Source of the DNA: Ostrea edulis
Lineage: Eukaryota
Direction of reading: 5' to 3'
Assembly (NCBI RefSeq): GCF_947568905.1
Contig: NC_079168.1
Location: forward strand, 88,350,001 to 88,414,000
Length of the DNA stretch: 64,000 bases
Shown here in pieces: positions 1-18,525 of this stretch. The notes beneath the pieces were generated by a model, which saw only the letters and a program-made list of their open reading frames with translations, was not told where the DNA came from and searched no databases. Both the position numbers and the translations under genes were made by a program. Position 1 is the stretch's first letter; each line of letters opens with the position of its first letter.

Positions 1-202
1 TGGAATATAAAAGCCCTATCACCATCCATTCAAAAGTTATAACCAGAGTCAAAGTTTTTGCAAACAAACAGACCAAAACCTACATGTACGTCCCTGAATC
101 TCTGATTATGTGGGCATAAAAACCGCATACTTCATATTACATATGTATGCAAATGTATGTAATAAAGATATGTTGCTGATGACACAGAGTCACATGACTT
201 AC

Positions 203-7266
<7,064 letters not shown>

Positions 7267-7518
7267 GCTGTCGGAAGTTTACAAATTGAAAAACGAATAG
7301 CGATCCCGACGTATGTTCACGCAAATAATTTAATTAAGCGTTGATATAATTAAGGTTCTTCGTAGAATTTATTTGTTTGTTGATATTGATATTTTTTTTC
7401 CATTTTGCACCGTCGTAATTGTAATGTTTATTTCAAGTTTGTTGATGAATTCGTTTTGTGTAAATTGAATTTCGAATATATTAGGACCCTTACTTTCATG
7501 TTCATTTTCAGTTTAAAG
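7267..7518. promoter_or_regulatory. Compact bidirectional promoter / 5' UTR region shared by DDX52 and RRP15
   Basis: The divergent ATGs at 7266 (-) and 7519 (+) are 252 bp apart. ETS-like CGGAAGT at 7272-7278. Possible RRP15 5'-UTR intron (gtatgt near 7311, ttttcag ending 7511). Confidence 0.7.
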
Positions 7519-10500
7519 ATGACAGAGGTACACGTGTTGCACCAATCTGATGATTCTGATGAGAGTGCTTCGGTGACCAGTGCATCTGATCAAGGTAAAA
7601 CTTCAAGTTCAGTCATATGACGTCTGATTTGTGAAGTAGGCATGTATATAACTATATTGTTACTCTCAGAAAATAAACAATACTAAGATTTACACACGTT
7701 ACATGTAACAGATTGGGAACAGTTCACCTACAACGAGATAGTTTCGCGAAAACACGATTATTCCTCTTTATCAAGAGAAAATACATCCCGTACTACAAAG
7801 AAAACCATCTCTAGTATTTATTATTAAATCAGGGCCCAAATTGGCATATTAAGCATATAACATATACAATTGTTGATACAACGAAAGACGATACACAGTG
7901 GATTTAATACACTCATTAGTGGTACTTCATGTTTCATATGTAAACATTAGTACTCAGTTGTGTTTCAGGTGAAAAGAAGAAAAAGTGCTAAAATGTCAGA
8001 TACTTCTGCAAATATATAAAAACAAAAACACTCACAATATGCATTGTATTTCAGCCTCCTTCCCTCTTATGCAGCAGCGTTAATATGAAATTTCTTGACT
8101 GTGCTGTAAATTTTATAGAGACAAATCGCATCATGCTGATTGTGTGTCACACTTATTCAGCATTGCATGAGATTTGCCATTATTTTCAATCAAAACACCT
8201 GTTTATGGTAATGTTTTCGTTCTTGCTAAAGATGGATAATCGTGTTTTAGTGGGAAGATCTTGCTATATGGGAAGTGTTCCCAACCTGGTTAACTGATTA
8301 ATTTCACTGTATAAATTATTCACAGAATTCAGCGAAGCTGAGGAAAAGTCCAACAATAACATGGAGAAAACTGAAGAGGAGGTTGATGATGATGGTGGTG
8401 GTGATGATGATGATGATGGTGGTGATGATGATGACGATGATGATGATGATGATGATGGAAGTGATAATATACTCGCCAAGTCAGATGATAGACTCAGTGA
8501 CACTGAAACTGCAGAGGATACAAAAGCAGGGCTTGCAGATGCCATGGCAAAAATTCTTAAAAAGCAGATTCCAGAACATCAACAAATTATTCTTGCAAAA
8601 GGAACCACTGACAAGGAGTTAACCAGAAAGCGACAAAATGTAGATGATCAGAGCAGAGAATCACATGTTTCTCAACAAAAGGTTAGTAGAAAAAACTTGT
8701 ATCTTTAACAGAAGCAGTGCATTTTTCCATTAGGTATAAAACAAAAGTAAAAAAGCTGGATACTTTGTCAAACAATCTGATTAAAATCAGCTCTTCGATC
8801 TGCTCCTTTAATTTTTGTTTGTTTGTTTGTTTGTTTTTTTGCTACACCTTGTGTAGCGACAACAAAAAAATAAAGGAGCAGATCGAGGAGCTGAAACCTT
8901 GTGTAGCAACAAAAAAAAATAAAGGATCGGATTGAGGAGCTGATTTTAATCAGATTGTTTGTCAAAGTGTGTCAATGCAATGTGTTTGCTAAAAAAATGG
9001 AGTTTTTAAATTATTTCCCTATACTCATTACAGAAAAATATCTCAGTCTTCAGCAGAATAAAAGAAGTCAAATATGGAAGGCTGAATTGTACATACATTA
9101 ATTTTTTTAGAAAAAACTCTGGGAAGACATGGGCCGCTCTAAACCCAGCCCAGTGGACAGAGAGAGAGAAAGGAAGCTTCAGCGTATAGCACAAAGGTTT
9201 GTTTATAATAAGTATAGTTCATTTAGAACTCCAAGTTTACAATAACTGTGTATTACAGTACAGATAATCTTGATTTCCTCCGTTATATATGTTTTGTTTG
9301 CAGAATGTGGCAGACACATGAAGTTATTTTATCCATGATTGTCTGGGATACTTAATTCTACAGTAATTAAACGACTTAGAGTCAACACCCATGCTTTGGA
9401 ACCTTTTTGTTGCTCAATATTACGAAAGCTTATAGTAACTAAACAAATTACATGACCATAGTTGTATTTCACAATGTCATGTATATTTAAAAGAATATAA
9501 AAGTTATTTCATTTTACTATTTTTACGTTTACTTTGTTTTTCCCTTAATATCATTTAATGAAACTGAAGGTTAATTTCTTAAAAATTTTCAACTTTTGAA
9601 ATAGGCTAATCACCAAGTATGAATACACTTTGACCTGATCTACATGTAGGCTAACCCATACATAAAGTGAATGGAAATATAATGATTAAAATTTAAGTAT
9701 AAGAAATGTCTTTTAGCTTTTGTAAGTAAATGAGATGATATTCCTCGAATCTCTCCACACCGACATGCGGAATAAAGCGCTAGCCATGCTAACACACTTC
9801 ATTCAATATGCCGGTGTGAAGAATCTCGAGGTAAATGTATATCATTTCGTAAATTTTCAAAAAACTGAAAAGTATTTCTTAAGAACCCAAGAATTCCATT
9901 GATATTACACAGCTAGAAAAATAAAAATTCCTCCAATGTATCCGTAGATTCACAAAATTGGCATTCACACTCGGCAAATTTTACTATCAAAATGAGTGTG
10001 TCTGTCCCTGTCCTGTCTTTCTAAATTCTCTTTTTTCTGATTGTGACAGGGGTGTTGTGCAGCTCTTCAATGCAGTAAGGAAACAACAGAAAGTGTTGGA
10101 CGAAAAAATGAAAGAAGCAGGGTCATCTGAACACAGAAAAGATCGAGTAGAAAAGTCAATGACAAAAGGCAAATTCCTGGATATTCTGAAGAGTGCAGAG
10201 AATAAACCAGAACAGGTAATAATAGGTTAATATCCAGGTAGAATAATCCAGAACAGGTAATATTGTGTTAATATCCAGGTAGACTAAACCAGAACAGGTA
10301 ATATTGTGTTAATATCCAGGTAGACTAAACCAGAACAGGTAATACTGTGTTAATATCCAGGTAGAATAATCCAGAACAGGTAATATTGTGTTAATATCCA
10401 GGTAGACTACACCAGAACAGGTAATATTGTGTTAATATCCAGGTAGACTAAAACAGATGGGTATTGTAGTGTTAATATCCAGGTAGACTAAACCAGAACA

Positions 10501-12091
10501 GGTAATACTGTGTTAATATCCAGGTAGACTAAACCAGAACAGATAATATTGTGTTAATATCCTGGTAGACTAAACCAGATGGGTATTGTAGTGTTAATGT
10601 ATCAAATTTGAAAATGAAAGTTATTTGCCTCTTTCATAAGCAAATATTTTCCCATAAAAAACATGTAAAATTTATCATGAAAAATTTCCTCCTTTATCGA
10701 GAGCAGTAATAGATGGACAGAGATCTAGCAAGTCGTCCTCGTGTACCGATCATCAATCAGATAAATGCATTGTTTCTCTGGTAACCAAATAACACAGTGT
10801 ATTCACTTTTTCTAGTTGAAAAGCAGGAAAGTTTTTATGTCCCTGGGGTAGAGAATTGGGAGGGAGGGAACATTCTTTTTTGGTCTGTTTGTCTTTCTCA
10901 GTTTATAATTTGGGGATTTTTTGTCCATAGCTTTAACCTTTGTCATAACTTTCGAACGATATAAGATATAGAATTCATACATATTGAACTAAAAGCCAGA
11001 GTCAAAGCTATGTAACTGAAAAGGGTCAAGGTCATTAATCTTGGTCAGAGTCAAATATGCCCCAATTAATCATGTCTGCCTATGCTCAGTTAGCATACTT
11101 GATTCTGATAAAATCTGGCCGAATCGAACTAAGCCGGGTATATTTGGCGATGCATTAAGAATCAAGTGACCCGGCTACAGTACAGTTAATGAAAATGTTG
11201 ACATTCAATTGTATAAACATTATTTGACATAGAAATTAACAAATCATGTTTATTTCACCAGTACTTGGATTAAAAAAATTACGTCTTAGAATAAACAACT
11301 CTCAATACTACTGTCTCCAAGGACGTCAGCTTGAAGCCGCCTTCGCCTATCAAAATTTTCCGGCTCAATCGGCTTACTTGGCCGGATGTGCATGCAATTC
11401 CGGCTCTCAATCGTGTCACCAGACATCGCCAGTTAATCCGAGTACGCTGGATCGTTAGAATCAAGTATGCTCAGTGGCACTGTGTTTCTGATACTTTTTT
11501 TGTACTGTTTCACTGTACTCCAGGGTTATCATGTGAACTTTCCTTTGATGAAAACTTACTAACCCAGCCCCAGTACCTTTACGAGTATCACGATTATCTC
11601 CACACAAACTTTGTACTGAAGACGTCACAGTATACCTGTGCATATACTTTTCTGTATACATTGCCATTTAGCCTGTATACATTGCCATTTAGCAGGGTTT
11701 TTTTGGCCGATGTAGAAGATGAATTGAATTCAGGTATTTCAGAGATTATGGTGGTTATGAATTTCGTGATTTAATTGGAATCTACAATCTGATTATTTAT
11801 TTGGTAATATGGAATCATCACCAAAATTAGCATCCCACCAAAAAGACCCATTGCATGCTTTTTTTTGTTACAACAGATCCACATTCACATTAGAAAATCA
11901 TCACCATCACACTTGACTGCAAGAAATTCAATTTGAGTTAACCCCATCTAATCATTGCCAATTGAATTACTTTACAGATTGAAACCAAGAAGGAAGAAAA
12001 ATGGAGTGCATTAAGAGAGGATTTCATGATGGGGGCTAAAATGAAGGACTGGGATAAAGAGAGTGACGGTGATGATGCTGAGGACACATGA
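7519..12091 (+). CDS. RRP15: RRP15-like ribosomal RNA processing protein, 5 coding exons, 265 aa
   Basis: Exons 7519-7594, 8326-8681 (acidic tract, then AGLADAMAKILKK), 9111-9196 (KKLWEDMGRSKP...ERKLQRIAQ), 10050-10215 (RGVVQLFNAVRKQQK...SMTKGKFLDILK), 11978-12091 (WSALREDFMMGAKMKDWDKESD). These match the conserved RRP15 blocks as I recall them. GT-AG junctions are in phase; total 798 nt. Confidence 0.93.
7708..8289 (+). mobile_element. Same MITE family, copy 3, in RRP15 intron 1, with about 160 bp of extra internal sequence
   Basis: acagattgggaac ... gttcccaacctgg|ttaa; shares the MKFLDC(V/A)VNFIETNRIML pseudo-ORF with copy 1. Confidence 0.8.
10200..10598 (+). repeat. 41-bp minisatellite, about 9-10 copies, containing RRP15 exon end plus donor
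   Basis: Unit AAACCAGAACAG|GTAATATTGTGTTAATATCCAGGTAGACT; period 41 (10207 to 10248). Confidence 0.92.
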
Positions 12092-12628
12092 AAAGAAAGC
12101 AGGACGTTCAAAGTTTCGTAATTAAACCAACTTCACATCATTTCAGGACTGGAGGAGAAACAGCATCAAAATTATTTACTCCAAGCTGTCAGGCCAACTT
12201 TGGCACTTTTCACACGAGAGATGATCTGGGACAAATTTTGTTTCCTATAGTGTGATACTGAGCTACTTCATATCGACAATAAAAATTCCTTGTGTAAGAT
12301 TTACATGCTGCTGCAGCTGATCATCTCTTGTTGTCTTCATAGCACAAGGAAAACTCATTCTTATAGTTTATTATGCCCTTGATTTGTATATATAAATGTA
12401 CCTGTTTCTATAACAAGGGTTACAACATTCTACATGGTCAAGCAAAACAAATGTGAAATATTTATAATTTGTTGACAGATTTTACAAATACATGTATTGA
12501 ATGGACATTTACTGGAGCGTGGATTATTTGATCTATGAATGACTAGTTTTTCAGTCTTTTGAAGGTAAAGTAACAATCTGCATGTTTATCTATTATTCTG
12601 ATAACAACAATGCAGTAACAATAACGAG

Positions 12629-15600
12629 TTATTCGTAAAACTCAAAAAAGTCTTCATCTCCTTTGTCGTTGTCGTCTTTCTTTGGGAGGATGTCTATTTC
12701 TGTATCTGTGTCAAGGTCAGATTGGAATTGTATCCCTGTGAAGGAATTTATACACATGAATATTTATGTTTGAAATGCAGTGCCAAAATTTTTTTAACAT
12801 GAATTCTGTAACCCAAGAAAAATCCTCAAAAGTAATGAACAATCCCTGGAAATTCTTGATTTTGCTTAGATGGCAAATAAACCCAAACAAAAGCAGAGTT
12901 GAATATTTATTAAAGATTAGATACAATATTTGTATGTAGTTAGATTCAAAATTTATGCATTTGTTAAGAATCTGTGAGCAATGCTATTTTAAGTAATATT
13001 TCCAGAATGACCCTGACCCTGGTCCAAAAAAGCTTGGATCATATGCAAGATTTGCGAGGCATAATTAAAAAATATTCCAGGGATTGGAAATGCATGTGTA
13101 TATCCAGGAGTTTTTCCCCTTTATATGCATTAATTATCCCCAATAGTGAAGATTAAAATGTCACCTGGACGTCTTTGGCCGGTCTGGGAGAGTCCTGTTG
13201 ACCTGGGTGTGGTCATGCCTGTTTTGCCTGTTTTGGCTGGTTTACTGCTGTAAAACACAAAGGCTTGTAAATCTTAGAAGTTCAATGCTTATACTAAGAC
13301 TAGTTATTGTGGCAAAAGTCTTAGACTCAACTAGAATGCAATTTCAATTCACAACTTTCACCCAGTTCATTAAATGTGTAATACATCACCAGAAAATTCA
13401 CTGTCTTCGAAACAAATCAAGTACCATACAACATCCGGCATTGTTGAAGGTGATATCAAGATAACTAAGGATGCAGAGTAAATTATTTCATTTTTAGACA
13501 ATTTTCTCCCCTACCTTGCTGTTGCAGCAGTGGGGACATACAAGGGGGTAGCCATAGTGGAGCTCTCATCAGACAACACGTCCTGCTCCATCAGCCTGCT
13601 GGTGGCAGTCGGTATAGTGGCCGCTACCTTTCTGAAAAAAGTCGTGATTGTTCACATTAAAGGCCACAAAGAAGGGATAAACCTCAACAGCACACAGCAT
13701 AGTTCTCTTGTACAGAATTCAGATCTTAATGTTAACCTTTACAGTTCTTTGTGAGTGCAATTTGAAGGTATGTTAATGGCTGTTAATGGTAGTCGCAGTC
13801 TGGGTCAGTACGGTTAGAAAGGATCTTACTGGTCTCGAGGTGACAGGGCGGAAGCAAACTGTTTCTCGACATCATCGTCAGTGTCTTCCTCCTCGTCAGC
13901 TATGGGATGTTGTGGTTGGGGCAGTGATCCGGACAGCATGTTCTTGTAGGCATCAGTGGCTATGTACGATAAACCAGGGGGTGTCAAAAATTGTGTTATT
14001 AGACGTAACAACTGAATCTAGTTTACAATTTTATGAATGTGTGTCTTTGACCGAACACCACTTACATAAACACATGTATATATTTACAAATAAATGACTT
14101 TATATTTCTTTGTAGTTATTTGACTTGGATATTTATATACAAGGAATTATGTACACAGGTGTTAATGCCATCATTCTTTTCCATCTTTGGTCAAGTTAAC
14201 TAAATGTACAATGTGTTTACTACTAAACAAATCATATATCTAAAGCAATACCAGCTGTCATTTGGGTGTCAACATTTTTTGTTGCAAATTTGAGACTTAT
14301 TATTTCAATGACAGACAAAAATAAGGTTTATAAACTTTTGTTATAAACGTTCGGGTTAGAAAACCTATCTGGACACTCTGAATGAAGCAAAATTACATTA
14401 TTGTCTTCCCATTCAAAAATTGATTTCTATATAATGCCATATATTCAATAGAACCAAAACTTACTTCAATAAAATCTTAAATTTAGTTTTAATTTTATCA
14501 ATGATTATGGTTAAAGTTACGATCAAAACTATCATGACTGTCACAGCACATTTTTACAGCAAAATAAAAATTTCAGATCCGGAGCTAATAATAACTGTAA
14601 GAAGTAACCCTGGGTGAACGATGCTCTTTTCACATATTGATATTCTAGGAATGTGAATGTGAAATACTCACACTAAAGCAGAGTTAAAGAAACAACTTAA
14701 CATGATCTGCATATGCCTCAGTAAACTGAAGACAAATAACTCTCCATTGAATATAACCTAATTTTCCTGACTTTTAAAATTCATTCAAACAAGACAACTT
14801 CAAGGGGAAAAAAAGAGAAATTAGTAACAGTAGAGATTTTGCATCAAAACTGTAAGTGTAAAATGGTCATGAATATGAAGTTTGATAAAAGTGGCAGATG
14901 TGAGTACATGTACTGCAAATGGTACAAAATACAGTCGTCTAAAACAGCGTAAAATATGCTTATCATGTTCAACAGAACAAGATACATTCTCTTCAACTAA
15001 AGCCATTCAGACTGATACAAATTAAATGTAAACTGAAAAACATGTCACTTAATTCTTTATCCTATGCATAAATTATAATCCTTAATATCAATCTGCACTA
15101 TGGATTCTGAAATATTCAAGGGCCATAAATCTATTAAATTTTAAACAGCTTGGAAAGAAACTGAGAGCCTCCAAATGATCAGCATTTGGTGTCTTCACCT
15201 ACTACAGTAAACCAGCTCCATAACCACTATATTTTGATTTACCAATGATAAACTGGTTTGCAGTTTTAAATTCTCATGATCGAGATCAGCTTAGATATGG
15301 GAGACATGTTGACTGTTTCATGGTGGGAAATATTTGCAATGATAAAATTTGCAAATTTCTTCCACACAAATAAAAGTTGGTTTACTGTATCTAAAACCAG
15401 TATTATACATTATTACAATTTAAATTGACTGGTACAAAACTCAACTTGACATTTAAATCCACTTAAATGTCATCACTAAACAAAATACAGCACTATGATG
15501 TCCTGAACTAACTCTAATACAATTCAGCAGTCTGCAACAAAATCAGGACTCGAGTTGTAGATTCACAGTAGACAACGTTCAAAATATCCGTCTAATACAT

Positions 15601-18494
15601 TTCTATCAAAGGTAGAGAAATTCAAAGCAAAAAACTATGACAGGTGGAAATTGCCATACCATAATGTATACATGCTGTCTTATGAGCAAGGCAGATAAGA
15701 ATAAATTCTTATTTGGTGCTCATCATAGAAACATGTACTTGTAATGTCAGTGAATGATAAATGAAGTCTTATTCTTCAATGTACACTCTATATATGATAT
15801 ACTGCAAAGCTTGCATTATGAAATTTTGCCAAAAATTCATTAGTTTTGCTATACTCTGAGCCACATCAAACATCTTTTTTAAAATGTCATGTTGATATAA
15901 ATATATAATTTCTCAGCATGAATATCCACACATAATGAATTGATCCAGACAATGATTTGTATGAACAATGGTTTCTCGGAGGTGTATAAAAAATCCCACG
16001 CTGTGTCTTACCTCGCTTCCCTTTAAATGGTACTGTAGAATTATACACAAAACACAGTTACAGATACCACTGCCAAGTTAATTCAACAAATCTTGCACCC
16101 CGGGGGCCATTTTCACAATACGTCTTATGATTACTAGACAATATATCTTGCTGTTAAAAAATATTTCTACTTGTGTGTAAATGTGAAAATATGGTGATAT
16201 GAACTTTATATTATCCCCCCCCCCCCCCCAGTTGCTAAAATCTTGCATTTGAAAAAAAGAAAAGAAAAATGAAACATTAAATACATTGCAAGAAGCATTT
16301 TGGTTTCAAATCATAAGACCTTTTGTAAAATGACCCCTAGAATCTTACATCAGCAACCCCAACAGTCCCTATTTTGTTAATGATATACAAATTAGTAATA
16401 AATTTATTTTCTTACAAATTCAACATATCTTTTCTTCTGTTCGATGCGTTCCATTGAAATATATCTGTACATACACTGCTGCAGTATTTTCGTTACTTCC
16501 TATCATTTGCTTTAAGTAATAGTTGTCTATTTCAGATGTCATCCAATTCAAATTTTGTGCAAACATTTTCAGCACAAAATTTTAAGATTTCTTTTCAATT
16601 CTAGAATCTCTGAGAGATTATTTAAAACCATTTCTCATGAATAGGGTTTCTGAAGATTAAAATTTCACATAAATAGTGTACTTTATTGTGGTTTGAAATT
16701 CATGTGTAATGACACCTAAAGAGTCTAAAACAATTGAGCCCCCACCTCATCAATATCTAATGATTCCATGGTTTAAAGATTTCTTTGGTTACAAGCATTT
16801 CTGTTGTTGACAAGTACACATCAAAAATTAAATCACTCATTTTCCCCATACTGATTTTTCCAAATCAATTGCTCATTATGATATAGAAAAACATGTCGAG
16901 CAATCTTGTAGGTAAAATGTCACTATAAGTAAAAATTATACACAATGTTTAAGAATCCTTCACCTTCTATTTAAAAGTCAATCAAAAGCTGAAGACATTG
17001 AAATTAGAAGTCTATCCGAGAGGACATAGACGTACCATTGAGGGGTATCTTTGAGCTTGTGACACTCTGTGTTATAACACTGGTGTCATCATCACTGTTG
17101 TAAGTCTGTGATCTGTCAATCAGACTCCCAGGAAATTTCAGGGGTGGAACTGTCAAGAAAGTTATAGTACAATAAGTTCTGGTACAAAAAGTATTGCAAG
17201 CATGTACATTTATTCTTGGTCTTTAGTTTGTAGATCGATCATGTCTCCATTCCAACACAAGAGGCCCATAGGCCACATCGCTCACCTGAGTCACCTTGGC
17301 CCATATTGAATATATTCGCATGTAAAACTTTGATCCTTATTATGGCCCCAACCTACTGCCAGGGGCCATGATTTTTACAAACTTGAATCTGCACTATGTC
17401 AGGAAGCTTTCATGTAAATGTAAACTTCTTTGGCCCAATGGTTCTTAAGAAAAAGATTCTTAAAGATTTTCTCTATATATTTGTATGTAAAACTTTGATC
17501 CCCATTATGGGCCCCATCCTACCCCCGGGGGCCATGATTTTAACAAACTTGAATTTGCAATATGTCAGGAATAAGCTTTCATGTAAATGTAAACTTTTCT
17601 GGCCCTGTGGTTCTTGAGAAGAAGACTTTTAAAGATTTTCCCTTTATATGTATGTAAAATTTTGATCCCCTATTGTGGCCCCATCCTACCCCCGGGGGTC
17701 ATGATTTGAACAAACTTGAATCTGCACTATGTCAGGAAGCTTTCATGTAAATTTGTATTTTCCTAGCCCAGTGGTTCTTGAGAAGATTTTCAAAGATTTT
17801 ACCTATATATTTGTATGTAAAACTTTGATCCCCTATTGCGGCCCCATCCTACCCCTGGAGTTCATGATTTTAACAAATTTGAATCTGCATTATGTCAGGA
17901 AGCTTTCATGTAAATTTCATCTCTTCTGACTCAGTGGTTCTTGAGAAAAAGATTTTTAAATGATCCCACCCTATTTTTGCATATTTGTGATTTTCTCCCC
18001 TTTGAAGGGGAATGGTCCTTCATTTGAACAAATTTGAAAGCCTTTCACCCAAGGATGCTTTTGGCCAAGTTTGATAGAAATTGGCCCAATGGTTCTGGAA
18101 AGTCGAAAATGTGAAAAGTTTACAGACAGACAACGGACAACAAGCAATCAGAATAGCTCACTTGAGATTTCAGTTCAGGTGAGCTAACAAGCGAAAACCA
18201 GAACCATGCACCACTTTTGTAACACATATTGAGCCTATCCTAGCTTTTCTTTGTGTACATGAACCTATACAATACTAGCTACTTGGATTAGCTGCCAAAC
18301 AAACAAATACAATGGTTTCTCCCAGTGTAAAGTTTGATGCTTTGTCACTGTGATTATGCAAACATATGTTAAACTCAACAGTACACTGAAAACCTGTCAA
18401 CATGAAAAACAGAAAATGTGATATTACAAACTTTTTTTTTTTATTCAAAGAATTTGCATTTATTGGTTATTGGAGATAAGATTTCATTACCCCC

Positions 18495-18525
<31 letters not shown>

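Noticed and set aside
11090-11472. Short inverted repeat agcatacttgattct...agaatcaagtatgct as a transposon
   Set aside because: The 15-bp match is real, but there is no clean TSD or second copy in the window, so it was not called.
18495-18525. Long poly-C/poly-G runs (also about 32943, 52865, 52975, 60348) and (GGGGGT)n at about 46603-46630 as functional G-quadruplexes
   Set aside because: Homopolymer runs are common in such genomes and error-prone in assemblies; no positional pattern supports function.
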